Below are positions 1 through 11,915 of a stretch of DNA of 64,000 nucleotides, piece after piece (the first letter of the stretch is position 1; every line of letters starts with the position of its first letter). The DNA lies in contig NC_086108.1 in NCBI RefSeq assembly GCF_963921235.1, forward strand, positions 114,764,001-114,828,000, given 5' to 3'. Position numbers and translations under genes: made by a program. Origin of the DNA: Mobula hypostoma (Eukaryota). The notes under the pieces are model-generated. The model was given only the letters and a program-made list of their open reading frames with translations. It was not told where the DNA came from and did no database searches.

Positions 1-150
1 ACTGTGGTGATATGACCATGTGGTGTGACTGTGGTGATACGACCGTGTGGTGTGACTGTGTGATATCACTGTGGTGTGTGACTGTGGTGATATGACTGTC
101 TGGTGTGACTGTGGCAGTGTGACTATGATTGTATGACTATAGTGAGCTAC
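1..150. repeat. Degenerate (TGTGG/TGTGAC)-type tandem repeat, cut by the window edge
   Basis: Recurring tgtggtgtgactgtggtgatatgac-like units. Confidence 0.8.
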
Positions 151-689
151 ACAGATGTTTTGCTCTCCCCCTCTGCTGCGCTTTCTGTCTACAAATCTGT
201 CTTTGTGTTCATTGATTTGCTCTCCATGCCCTCTGTGGTGGAGAATTTCACAGGTTCACCTCTCTCTGAAACCCACCTTTCTCCCCACCCACATATCACA
301 ATTTACGGCTAACATGAAGGTAGAAACCATCCCTTCACACCGATCCAAGCCGCACCTCAAGTGAGCCATCAGTACTCATACCAACCCTGTTCCCCAACAC
401 TGGTCATGACTGATATATTAAATACACAACAGTAACCAGCTGTGTCTTCGTGATTCAAGTCCCGTGGGGAGTCAAGTGCTCGTGCAGATACTTGTTCAAT
501 ATTGTGAGGGTCTCTGCCCCAACCTTCCCCTCAAGCTGTCAGTTTCAGATTCCACCCTCCCTCTCGGTATCCTGCTCCAACTACCCTCCCCCAACCCCAC
601 TGAAACACCTAGCCTTTTCCCCTAACCTCTGCCCTCTGCTGTCTGCTTATAGCTGCCTCTCCAGTGGGGAAACATTTCTCACAGTCTCT

Positions 690-3210
690 CCATGTATGCT
701 CCTTAGTTATAGAGTCTTTCAGTACTCCAGCACAGAAAAGGCCATCAGCCCATCTAGTCTGTGCTGACCTGTTATTCTGCCTAGACTCATCGACCTGCAC
801 CTGGACCATAGCCCTCTGTTCCCCTCTCATCCATGTATCTATCCGAACTTTTCTTAAATGTTGAAATCAAACTTGTGTCCCCCATTTCTGTTGGCAGCTT
901 GTTCACCAATCTCACCACCCTCTGAGTCAAGCAGTTGTCCTTCAGGTTCCCCTTAAACATTTCTCCTTTCACTCTTAACCTGTGACCTCTATTTCTCACC
1001 TCACCCAACCTCAGTGGAAAAAGCCTGCTTACATTTACCGTATCTACACCCCTCATAATTCTGTTTCCCTCTTCCAAATCTCTCCTCAATCTTCTACATT
1101 CTAGGGAATAAAGCCCAATTGTTCAACCTTTCCTTATAACTCAGGTCCTCAAGTCTTGGTACCATCCTTGTAAATTTTCTCTGCACTCTTTCAATCTTAC
1201 TTACATATTTCTTGTAGGTAGGTGACTAAAATTGCACACAATACTCCAACTTGGCCCTCAGCAACATCTTGTACAATTTCAACATCATATTCCACTTCTT
1301 GTACTCAATACATGGATTTAAAACCTTTCTTTACCCATCACACTACTTTCAAGAATCTCTCTGTTCTACTGCACTTCTCAGTGCCTTACTACTTACTGTG
1401 TAAGACGTACCCTGGTTTGTCCACCCAAAGGGCAACATTTACCTTGCACTTTTCTGCATTAAATTCCATCTGTGACGGGGTCCTGAATTACCCCTATGAA
1501 CTGTGCTCGATTACCCCTATGAGCTGTGCTTTTGAAAAGAGAGAGAGAGATATTTAACACTGACATCTTGTTTTTAAGAGAGAGAGAGAGGCGAAGAATG
1601 CTCACAGTATGTTTACATTTTTACAAGGATGCTGCCTGCTTGGAAATCCTTACAGACAGAGAAGGGAGGAGCTGTTTGAGAGACACTTGGTATTCAGCAT
1701 GGGGAGATAAATAGAAGGTCAGATGATAGACCTCAGACACATGGTTTTGGACACCGAATGAGCTTGTTGTGCCTACAGAAAAAGTGGATTTTGGAGGATC
1801 AATCAGGTAGATCCATCAGTGGCTCTCGCAGTGTGAACAGGGTGTGACCGGTGGGGAGTTGTTAGTTCCACCACAGAAGAACGGTCCCCTTTGTCGTGGT
1901 CACAGTCGGTGACTTCTAAAGGATTTCGGAGGACAATGGGAAAATTGACGGCGTCAGCTCACCTGAAGACTCAAATCTCTCCTTCTCTCTCTCGCCATCA
2001 CTACTCAACTCAATACCACCAACTGAACTGAACTTTACTCATCATTGTAAGACTGTATCTATTTACCCCTAGACTTGAAGAAGCTTGATTTTTCATATAT
2101 TTCCACACTTACTTATAATCATTGCTAACCTGTTTTATATATCTACATTTATATTACTGTATTGCGTAGTTACTAATAAATATTATTAGTTAATAGCAAT
2201 ACCAGACTCCAAAGTGTTTTCCATCTCTGCTGGTTCTTTAACCCGTCACTGGGTACGTGACACATCTGCCATATTTCAGTTCATTTTCCCAGCTGGTCCA
2301 GATCTGCTGCAAGTTCTGATACTCTTTGCTGTCCACTGTACCCCCATTCTTGGTGTCATCTGCAAATTTGCTGATCCAGTTAACCACATTATCATCTGGA
2401 CCATTGATATAGATGACAAACAACAATAGACCCAGCACCGATCCCTGAGGCATTCCACTCATCACAAGCCTCCAGTCAGAGAGGCAACTCTCTACTATCA
2501 CTCTCTGGCTTCTCCTGTGAGGCCAATGTCAAACCCAATTTACTACCTCATCTTGAATGCTGACCAACTTTCCATGTAGGACCTTGTTAAATGCCTTGTT
2601 AAAGTGCATGTGGACAACATCCACTGCCTTGCCTTCATCAACTTTCCTGGTAACTTCCTCAAAAAAACTTTTTCAAATTGGTTAGACACTACTTACCACA
2701 CACAAAGCCATGATGAGTATCCTTAATCAGTGTCTGTCTTTTCAAATACTTATATATCTGGTCCAATAACTTGCCCACTATGGTTGTCAGGCTCACCAGC
2801 CTATAATTTTCTGGTTCATTCTTTAAACAGAACAACTTTAGCTATCCTCCAGTCCTCCACACCTGACTCGTGGCTGCAGATGCTTTAAACATCTCCGCTA
2901 TGGCTCCTGCAATTTCTGAACTAGCCTGACAGACGGTCTGAGGGAACACCGTGTCAGGCCCTGGGGATTATTTATCCAGCCTAATTTGCCTCAAGACAGC
3001 AAGCACCTCCTCCTTTGTAATTTGTATAGGGTCCACGACTTTGCTGCATTGACTCACATCTCTAGATTCTGTGTTTGTCTCCTGAGTAAATACAGATGCA
3101 AGAAGTCCATTTATGACCTCCCCCATCTCTTGCAACTTCATACATAGGTTACCATTCTGATCTTCCAGAGGACTAATTTTGTCCCTTGCTATCCTTTTGT
3201 TCTTATTCAT
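690..3210 (-). mobile_element. Degenerate CR1 LINE (RT to 3' end), interrupted by a solo LTR
   Basis: ORF fragments SGMPQGSVLGLLLFVIYIN..ISKFADDTK (2238-2501) and RLFPLRLGEVRNRGHRLRVKG (787-1089); removing 1471-2262 restores ttaaattccatc|tgcca. Confidence 0.85.
1471..2262 (+). mobile_element. Solo LTR (Gypsy/ERV type), 792 bp
   Basis: TGTGAC...GTGACA termini; exact 4-bp TSD CATC (1467-1470, 2263-2266); AATAAA at 2175; splits a CR1 cleanly. Confidence 0.85.
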
Positions 3211-3590
3211 ATCCCTCCATAACCCTCCCATCCATGTACTTCTCCGAATTTCTCTTAAATGTTGCATTTGAACCCACATACTTCAATTCCAGTGGCAGCT
3301 CAGTCCACACACTCATCACCTTCTGACTGATCAAGTTCCCCTTAAACATTTCACCTTTCACCCTTAAACTATGCCCTCCAGTTCAAGTGTCGCCCAACCT
3401 CCGAGGAAAAGCCTGCTTGCATTTACCCTATTTCTATATATAACTCTTCAAGTTCCCCCTCATTCTCCTTCACTCGAGGGAATCAATCCAACAACTAAAT
3501 CAAATGTTTCCAGTAATTCAGGTTCTCAAGTCCTGGCAACTTAGTACAGAGTACATTTTCTCTGTACTCTTTCAATCTTATTGATCTCCA
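3210..3590 (-). mobile_element. CR1 3'-end fragment
   Basis: ttccccttaaacatttcacctttcacccttaa and aaaagcctgcttgcatttacccta motifs, shared with other CR1 3' ends in the window. Confidence 0.7.
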
Positions 3591-3670
3591 GAAACACCTT
3601 GCTTGTTTTGGCTTAGTTGTATCTTCAATGATACTAATGAGTGTTATTCCCTGTTCCCTGGTGATTCCAG

Positions 3671-3815
3671 TTAATTCCCTGGACAATGAGGACCACTCTC
3701 CTCTCCACTTCTCCTCCCGCTTTGGCCACCATGAGATCGTCAGTTACTTGCTGCAGGGAAACTTTGGGGTGCAGCCTCATGCCGTGAACATCTACGGAGA
3801 CACAGCTCTACACCT
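3671..3815 (+). CDS. TNNI3K: TNNI3K coding exon (ankyrin repeats), first exon in window; probably equivalent to human exon 8
   Basis: ttccag|TT AAT TCC...CAC CT|gtgagt; encodes (V)[47 protein letters not shown](L), matching the TNNI3K ankyrin region; 145 nt. Confidence 0.95.
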
Positions 3816-3949
3816 GTGAGTTAAAACCAAACTACAGAAGGAATTTGGGTTGGAGGAGGGGTTGAGCAGCACCCATGGTGGCGAAGGAGAGTTGGCCATT
3901 GATGGATCAAGTCCTTGCATAGGGCTGAGTGTTGAGTGAAGATAAATTT

Positions 3950-5200
3950 GTTATAGTTGGAAAAATGGATTGGAAGATGGATTTTAATGCAGACAAGTGT
4001 GAGGTGTTGCACTTTGGGAGGACAAACCAGGGTAGGTCTTACACAGTGAGTGGTTGGGTACTAATGGATTCTGATGTTTTTGATGCAAGGTTCTTTTTGG
4101 ACATCAGAAGAGAGGCATCAAACTTGTTGCTCCCAATTGTTTTATTAAGAGTTAATAGAACGAAGTGTTGTTAATGTCAAGGTGCAAACGTTTAGTCGCT
4201 AAATTAGAGTGACTAAAGGCTAAAAGAAAAAGGTGACCAATGTGGTCTTGTATTCCAAAGATAAGAAATATTTCATTCAAATTCGTAGATAAGAGTTAAC
4301 CAATTAGATAGTCCCTATTCAAATAGTACAACACCAGAGAAGCTTTCAGAGCTCTCCAGAATGATACAAAGAACTGTAACCACGAAGGGATACACTAAAC
4401 AATTACATATACATACTGTGACCACTAGGGGACACACTGAACAACTACATATACATACTGTGACCACTAGGAAACATACTAAACAATTACCTGTATTAAG
4501 TAGTTATATAAAATACAAAGGGGCATAAACTGTTAAACTGCAAAGAAAATGACAATTAAACAGTATAATCCAGAAGAGCTGAGGAGTGCAGAAGAATAGA
4601 GGGATCAGGAAGCACAGTCCATAATTCCTTGAAAGTGCTGCCACATGTAGTTAGGGTTGTAAAGAGAAATTTTAACACGTTGACCTTCATAAATCAAAGT
4701 ATTGAATACAGGAGATAGGATCTTAGGTTGGAATTGTATAAGACATTGGTGAGGTCTAATTTGGAGTATTGTGTCCAACACACTCAAAATGCTGGCGGAA
4801 CTCAGCAGGCCAGGCAGCGTCTATGGAAAAAGTATACAGTCGATGTATTGGGCCGAGACTCTAATCAACAGTGATTAAAATAGAAAATAGTCTGATTGGC
4901 CTGTTCCTCGCTATGTCTGCAGACATATTTGTGGGTTTGGCATAGGATCTGACCCAATGAACATGCTAAAATCTGATTTTCCACAGAGGTGGTGGGTAGT
5001 GGACTGAGTTGCCAGAGGAGGTGGTGGTAGAGATGGATACAATTGCAAACGTTTAAGGACCCTTGAACAGAAACATAGATAGGAAAGGTTTAGAGGGATG
5101 TGGGTCAAACCCAGGCAAATAGGATTTGCTTGGATGGGAATTCTGGTCAGCAGGGACAAGTTGGGCTGAAGGGCCTGTTTCAGTGCTATGTGACTCTCTG
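3950..5200 (+). mobile_element. Fragmented CR1 3' region with insertions
   Basis: WKMDFNADKCEVLHFGRTNQGRSYTV resumes at gaggagtgcag (4581); typical CR1 3' end near 5160-5200. Confidence 0.7.
4063..4576 (-). mobile_element. LTR-like repeat, copy 1 (unclassified)
   Basis: Inserted in a CR1; clearly similar to 43290-43945; TTTATT at ~4142, ~38-bp internal direct repeats at ~4377-4490, end aatccagaa. Confidence 0.55.
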
Positions 5201-5204
5201 TTGT

Positions 5205-5575
5205 GTGCTATGTAACACTTACTGGTATACAAAGGGCCCGAAGGATTGTTGAGGATCCCTACAATCCATCTCACAGTCTCTTTGACTCACTACCATCAGA
5301 AAGGAGGTGCAGGATCATCAGGACGAGGCCTGGACTGGATATCAGCTTCTTCCCTCAGGCTGTGAGACTGATAAATACCCTGCCACCACTGAGGTCTCAT
5401 CACCAGGACAGCGAGCTGTTTACTCTTTACTGCATTTCGAACTCATTAACTTATTTATTAACTTATTTATGCTGTGTGGGATCTATGTTTTGTGGGTGCA
5501 CCGTGGTCCGCAGGAATGTTGCTTTGTTTTGTTGTTCATTTGGCCAGTCAGATGACAATAAACATGAACTTAACA
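5205..5575 (+). mobile_element. Rex1/Babar-type LINE 3' fragment
   Basis: RARRIVEDPYNPSHSLFDSLPSERRCR...SFFPQAVRLIN C-terminal motif, followed by AATAAA and a tail. Confidence 0.7.
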
Positions 5576-5739
5576 AGTCGGAAGGGTCTCAGACCCTGGG
5601 TCTGATCCAGGACAAGTTAGAGCTCATTCCAGCCGGCAGGAAGCCCCTTCTCCCACGGGGGCGGGGGTGGATCTCATCCCACAAAATTATCACTGCGCTG
5701 AAGGTCAAAGCTGAGACTGCTCGGTGTTAATACCGTAAG

Positions 5740-6170
5740 ACATTAGGCCATTTGGCCTTTTCAATCGTGCTATCCCTCTCAACCCCATTTTCATGCCTTC
5801 CTCAGTAACCTTTGATGCCCTCACTAACCAAGAACATGCCAACTTCCACTGTAAATATACCCAGTGATTTAGCCTCCACAGCCATCAATGGCATTGAATT
5901 CCACAGATTTGCCAACTTTTGCCAGAAGAAATTCCTCTTAATTTCTGTTCTAAAAGGATGTCCCTGTATTCTGAGGCTGTGCTTTCTGGTCCTAGACTCC
6001 CCCACTGTCAGCAACATCCTCTCCACATCAATTCTATCTAGGCCTTTCAATATTCGATAGATTTCAGTGCGATTCCACCCCCCCCCCATGCTTCTAAACT
6101 CCAGTGAGTACAAGCCCAGAGCTATCAAATGCTCCTCAGAAGGTTAAACCTTTCATTCCCAAGAGCTGGT
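5740..6170 (-). mobile_element. CR1 3' fragment
   Basis: ORF 5802-6128 LGLYSLEFR..LKGLDRIDVERM..GESRTRKHSLRI. Confidence 0.85.
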
Positions 6171-6487
6171 AATCAAGAGGGGCTCTGGGGGCCCTCTTGG
6201 GCTAAAGGCCCCTCCTATCTCTGCTGCGAGATGCAGCCCCTCCCAACTCCACTCTGAATGGGGAGGCTGGAGACCCAGGTGTGTCCCCTTCAGCAGTTAC
6301 AATGAGGAATTGCAAAGGGGTTCCACCTGGAGGACAGAGGGAATGGGGAGGTGGGGGGGTGGTCGAGGGATGGGGAGGAGGAGGTGGAGCATGGAGGTGG
6401 GGATCGGAAAGGGTCTGGTATGAAACCAGAACACCAGCACGAAGGAGAAGGGCTGAGCTACCTTCAAGTCCCCTGTGATGGTTGACG

Positions 6488-6840
6488 GATCAGGATCAGA
6501 ATTGGGGTTAATATTACTGGCATACAGTGTGTCATGAAATCTGTTGTTTTGTAGCAGCAGTGCATACAATATATAGTAAAAACTGTAAATCACAGTAAGT
6601 AAATTAAATGCAAAATGAGGAGGAAAAAGTATTGAGGTAGTGTTCATGGGTTCATTGTCCATTCAGAAATCTGATGCAGGGGAAAAAGCTGTCCCTGAAT
6701 CATTGCGTGTTTGTGTCTTCAGGCTCCTGTACCTCCTCCCCGATGATAACAATGAGAAGAGGGCATGTCCTGGCTGATGGGGGTCCTTAATGATCGGTGC
6801 CGTCTTTTGACAGTGTCCTGGGTGCTGGGGAGGCTGGTGG
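6488..6840 (-). mobile_element. Rex1-type 3' fragment
   Basis: gatcaggatcagaa tail; tcttcaggctcctgtacctcct and gagaagagggcatgtcctgg are shared with 9115-9400. Confidence 0.7.
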
Positions 6841-6925
6841 AAATCTAGGGGCTGAATAGCCCGCTGGTTTTGGCCTTGCAGTGTGTGGCTGGAGCAGTCA
6901 CTGCTGCTGTTTGTTCATCCCTCAG

Positions 6926-7030
6926 GGCCTGTTACAACGGCAAAATGGAAGTGGCCACTGAACTGATCCGTCTCTCGGGGACTGAGAGCCTGACCAAGGA
7001 GAACATCTTCAGTGAAACCTCCTTCCACAG
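6926..7030 (+). CDS. TNNI3K: TNNI3K coding exon (ankyrin)
   Basis: ctcag|G GCC TGT TAC...CAC AG|gtgggt; [34 protein letters not shown]; 105 nt, phase matches both neighbours. Confidence 0.95.
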
Positions 7031-7134
7031 GTGGGTGTCGCTCGGCCAGAACCTTCGGCCTTCCACCTCAGCCTCTCTCCGGCAGCCCAAGTCTGACCAC
7101 CCGAGCTTCTATCCTTTCTCTTCTTTGTCTGCAG

Positions 7135-7229
7135 CTCCTGCACCTATGGCAAAAACATCGAGCTGGTGGAGTTTCTGATCAACCAGAACGCCATGAGTAT
7201 AAACCACCAGGGGAGGGACGGACACACTG
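7135..7229 (+). CDS. TNNI3K: TNNI3K coding exon (ankyrin)
   Basis: ctgcag|C TCC TGC ACC...ACT G|gtgaga; [31 protein letters not shown]; 95 nt. Confidence 0.95.
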
Positions 7230-7339
7230 GTGAGAGTATTTGTGGTGTCAGTGAGTCATCCTGCACACGGATATGCCCTTCGGCCCATCATATCCCTCCC
7301 ACCACCACCCCATACCAACCCCATTCCGGCACTTGGTCT

Positions 7340-8340
7340 GCACTCTTCTCTGCCTTGGTCATTCAGATGCTTGTTTAATGCTGTGAGACACTCTGCCTCC
7401 ACCTTCCCCCTCTGTTAGTAAGTTCCAGAATCCAACCCCTCTCCAGGGGGAAAATATTCCACCTCAGATCTTCACTCAATGTCTTCCTGCTCACACTAAG
7501 CTTCTCCCTCTTGATTTTGGACATGTAGACTTATTGACGTCCAGACAAACAGCAGAGTCCCTTGCAGAACGCCACCAGTATTAGATCTTCAGTCAGAATC
7601 ACATGCTTTACCATGACCCTCTTACTTCTATGGCCAAGTCAAATTTGAATCCAATCCACCAAGTCCCCATGGATGTTGATCTTCCGGACAAGTCTTCCAT
7701 GATTGCCCTTGCTAATGTCCATATAAACAACATCCACTGTCCTGTCCTCATCTTCATCACCTCATCAACTAAACTGTTTCAGGAGTAAGACATGACCTTC
7801 CTCACACAAAGCCATGCATTTTATCTCTTAAAAAGTCTGTGCTTTTCCAGATGTGAGCAAATCTTATCCTTAAGAATTAGAGGAATCCTCCTCGCTAATC
7901 ATTAAGGATCACCAGCCTATTGTTGCTGGTTCATTCTACTGCCTTTCTTTAACAAAACAAAAACATTGGTTTTCCTCCATCCCTCTGGGCCAAAGCTGTC
8001 GCTAAAGGGGAGACAAAGATCTGTCAACACCCCTGCAGTCTCCACTCTCACCTCTCTCAATAACCTGGGATAGATCCCACTGGCCCTGGGGAATTATCCA
8101 CTTCGTTCTTCAAGGGACGCAAAACCACCACATCTTGATATCAACAGCCTCGAGTATCAGTACCCCCTCCCTGATCTCCCTCTCCTTTATGTCCTTCCCT
8201 CGCCTTCATCATTTGGCTTTCCCCTTGAGTGGTCCCTTGTGAATCTTTTGTTTTTTAATGAATTTATAAAATACCTCGGATTCTCAATTCTCCCCACCAA
8301 GGATATTTCAAAGCTGCTCTAACTCATCCTCAAATTCAAG
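7340..8340 (-). mobile_element. Old degenerate CR1 fragments
   Basis: acacaaagccatg, aacatccactg and ggccctgggga motifs of CR1 RT/tether regions. Confidence 0.55.
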
Positions 8341-8543
8341 TTTAATTGTCATTCAGCCACACATGAATGTAGCCAAATGTAACAGTGTTCCTTTGGGGCC
8401 AAGGTGCCAAACACATTACTAACAGCCCACAGCCCACAGTACAAATAACACAGATGGTTATGGTTACAGGAAAAAAAAATATAGTCACAAAGAAAAATAA
8501 TAATAATATAGCCCATCCCTGAGTGACATGACTAGATTGATGG

Positions 8544-8723
8544 TACACACACACAAAATGCTGGAGGAACTCAGCAGGTCAGGCAACATCTAGGAAAAGA
8601 GTACAGTTGACCTGAAATGTCGACTGTACTCTTTTCCATAGATGCTGCCTGGCCTGCTGAGTTCCTCCAGCATTTCAAGCGTGTTGCTTGGATTTCCAGC
8701 ATCTGAACATTTTTTCTTGTTTG
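8544..8723. mobile_element. Palindromic Penelope-derived mini-element
   Basis: Inverted arms aaatgctggaggaactcagcagg... / ...cctgctgagttcctccagcattt; flanking direct repeat tgactagattgatgg (8529-8543) / tgattagattgctgg (8724-8738). Confidence 0.75.
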
Positions 8724-10398
8724 TGATTAGATTGCTGGGGAGGCAGGGTTTGAGGGTCGGCACAACATTGTGGACCGAAGGGCCTGTACTGTGCTGTACT
8801 ATTCTATGTTCTATGTATGTTGTCCTAGTCCAGCTTGTCCTTCCACTAAGTGAACACTGGAGGGCAGCACAGAGCAAACATTAGAGAGCCCGATTCTCTG
8901 ATGCCCTGTTTTAAATTCTCTCCTGATGCCTTTGTATTCCTCAAAGTCCCTATCTCATTCCGGTTTCCTAAACCTTACATATGTATCTTTTTCCCTCTTA
9001 CATACCTGAAAAATGAAACATAGATGCTTCAGGACTTTTCTTAATCTTACTAGGTAGTGATATTTCGGTCCTCTTTGCTCTCCTAATTTCTTTTTATGTG
9101 GCCCCTACATTTAGAATCAGAATCAGGTTTATTGTCACTGGCATGTGTCGTAAAATTTGTTAACTTAGCAGCAGCAGTTCAATGCAATAAATTATATCGA
9201 AGAAAAATAAATTAATAAATTGCAGTAGGGAAGAAGCTGTTCCTGAATCACTGAGTGTGAGCCTTCAGGCTTCTGTACCTCCTGCCTGATGGTAACAGTG
9301 AGAAAAGGGCATGCCCTGGGTGCTGGAGATCCTTAATAATGGACGCTGCCTTTCTGAGACACCGCTCCCTGAAGATGTCCTGGATACTTTGTAGGCTCGT
9401 ACCCAAAATGGAGCCGACTATATTTACAAACTTCTGCAGCTTCTTTCGGTCCTGTGCAGTAGCCCCTCCATACCAGACACTGATGCAGCCTGTCACAATG
9501 CTCTCCACGGTACATCTATAAAAGTTTTTAAGTGTATCTGTTGACATGCCAAATCTCTTCAAACTCCTAATGAAGTATAGTCACTGTCTTGCCACCTTTA
9601 TAACTACATCGATATGTTGGGACCAGGTTAGATCCTCAGAGATCTTGACACCCAGGAACTTGAAGCTGCTCACTCTCTCCACTTCTGATCCCTCTGAGGA
9701 TTGGTATGTGTCATTCATCTTACCCTTCCTGAAATCCACAATCAGCTCTTTCGTCTTACTGACGTTGAGTGCCAGGTTGTTGCTGCGACACCACTCCACT
9801 AGTTGGCATATCTCACTCCTGTACACCCTCTCATCACCACCTGAGATTCTACCAACAATGGTTGTATCATCAGCAAATTTATAGATGGTATTTGAGCTAT
9901 GCCTAGCCACACAGTCATGAGTATATAGAGAGTAGAGCAGTGGGCTAAGCACACACCCCTGAGGTGCACCAGTGTTGATCATCAGCGAGGAGGATATTTT
10001 ATCACCAATCCGTACAGGTTGTGGTCTTCCGGTTAGGAAGTCGAGGATCCAATTGCAGAGGGAAGTACAGAGGCCCAGGTTCTGTAACTTCTCAATCAGG
10101 ATTGTGGGAATGATAGTGTTAAATTCTGAGCTATAGTCGATGAATAGCATCCTGACATAGGTGCTTGTATTGTCCAGGTGGTCTAAGGCCATGTGAAGAG
10201 CCATTGAGATTGCATCTGCTGTTGACCTATTATGGCGAAAGGCAAATTGCAGTGGGTCCAGGTCCTTGCTGAGGCAGGAGTTCAGTCTAGTAATGACCAA
10301 CCTCTCAAAGCATTTCATCACTGACTGTCAACGTGAGTGCTACGGGTCAATAGTCATTAGGGCAACTCACATTATCCTTCTTAGGCACTGGTATAATT

Positions 10399-10598
10399 CA
10401 CAACGCATTGGAGGAACTCAACAGTTCGGGCAGCATCTGTGGAAACAATCAGTCGACGTTTCGGGCCGGAACCCTTCGTCAGGTTCCGGTCCGAAACGTT
10501 GACTGATCGTTTCCACAGATGCTGCCCGACCTGCTGAGTTCCTCCAGCGTGTTGTGAGTGTTGCTTTGACCCCAGCATCTGCAGATTATTTTGTGTTT
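10399..10598. mobile_element. Palindromic Penelope-derived mini-element inserted in the Rex1 LINE
   Basis: Exact 12-bp TSD ACTGGTATAATT (10387-10398, 10599-10610); ~70-bp inverted arms; 200 bp. Confidence 0.85.
10450..10483 (-). ncRNA. Minimal hammerhead ribozyme core (Penelope type); 5' arm of stem I lost
   Basis: - strand cCTGACGA-a-GGG-ttccgg-CCC-GAAA-C-GTC-gactg: CUGANGA, stem II, GAAA, palindromic ACGT in place of stem III, GUC cleavage triplet. Confidence 0.6.
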
Positions 10599-11679
10599 AC
10601 TGGTATAATTGTGGCCTTTTTGAAGGAAGTGGGAACTGCCGCCCGTAGCAGTGAGAGGTGGAAAATGTCTTTGAATACTCCCGCTAGTTGGTTGGCACAG
10701 GTTTTCAGAGCTTTACTGGGTATTCTGTCGGGGTCTTCTGCCTTGCGAGGGTTTTAAAGACAGTCTAATATCAGCCTCTGAGACAGAGATCACAGGGTCA
10801 TCAGGTGCAGCAGGGATCTTCACAGCTGTATTTGTGTTCTCCCTTTCAAAGCGGGCGTAGAAGGCGTTGCGTTCAGCTGGTAGTGAAACATCGCTGCCAT
10901 TCATGCTATTGGGTTTCTCTTTGTAGGAAATATTGTCTTGTAAACCCTGTCAGAGTTGTCGTGCATCCGATGTTGCCTCCAACCTTGTTCAAATTTGTCA
11001 CATTGTCCTTGAAATAGCCCTCCACAAATCATACCTGGTTTTCTGGTACAAACCTGGGTCGCCAGACCTGAATGCCACAGATCTGGCCTTCAGCAGATGA
11101 CGTACCTCCTGGTTCATCCACGGCTTTTGGTTTGGGAATGTACGTCAAGTCTTTGTAGGCACAACTACAGCATACTCATCCAGATTCGAAGATGAATCCT
11201 GGAATATAGTCCAATCCACCGATTCGAAGCAGTCCTGTAGGTGCTCCCGTGCTTCTCTTGTCCATACCTTCTTGGTCTTCACTACTGGTGCTGCAGTCTT
11301 CAGTCTCTGCCTATACTCAGGGAGTAGAAGTACAGCCAGGTGGTCAGACTTCCCAAAGTGAGGGTGTGGAATAGTATATAATGGTGGTGTAGCAATGGTC
11401 CAGTGTGTTGTTTCCTCAGGTATTGCAAGTGATCTGTTGATGGTAGTTGGTTAGTGACATTTTCCAGACTGGCCTGGTTAAAATTCCCCAAGACGACAGT
11501 GAAGGCGTTAGGGTATGCTGTTTCGTGCACATTGATCCCGTTGCTCAGATCGTCTAAAGCCTGATTGCCATTGGCCTGAGGTGGAATGTCTATGCTATTC
11601 TGCACTCTGACAGAGCCTCGGCTGTGTACCTCCACAAACTTCCTTTTCTCCTTACCCAGCAGGTGATATTATTTTAAAT

Positions 11680-11915
11680 GTTCATTTAGAAATACAGTGT
11701 GGTAACAAGTCCATCTGGTCCAATGAACCTGCACTGACCAATTACACCCACGTGTCCAATCAATGTACTAACCACTATGTCTTCGGATAAGGAAGGAAAC
11801 GAGAGCACCCAGTGGAAACCCATACAGTCAGGAGGAGAACATGCAAACTCTTCACAGACAGCAATGGGAATTGACCCAGGTTGCTGACGCTGTAAAGCGT
11901 TAAGCTCGCCGCTAC
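11680..11915 (-). mobile_element. V-SINE/HE1-like tRNA-derived SINE
   Basis: - strand gggtcaattccc B-box-like motif, then tgcatgttctcc..gggtttccactgggtgctc central domain; related copies near 16330-16530, 17630-17900, 28930-29240, 36620-36820 and 56620-56720. Confidence 0.6.

Larger units (their letters stand above)
9112..11600 (-). mobile_element. Rex1/Babar-clade LINE, 5'-truncated and frameshifted
   Basis: RT ORF 9581-10321 ([42 protein letters not shown]); C-terminus 9248-9562; endonuclease remnants 11300-11635; (ctgatt)n tail. Confidence 0.9.

Noticed and set aside
5203..5730. 175-aa ORF
   Set aside because: Rex1 C-terminal fragment reading through into its 3' UTR and flank
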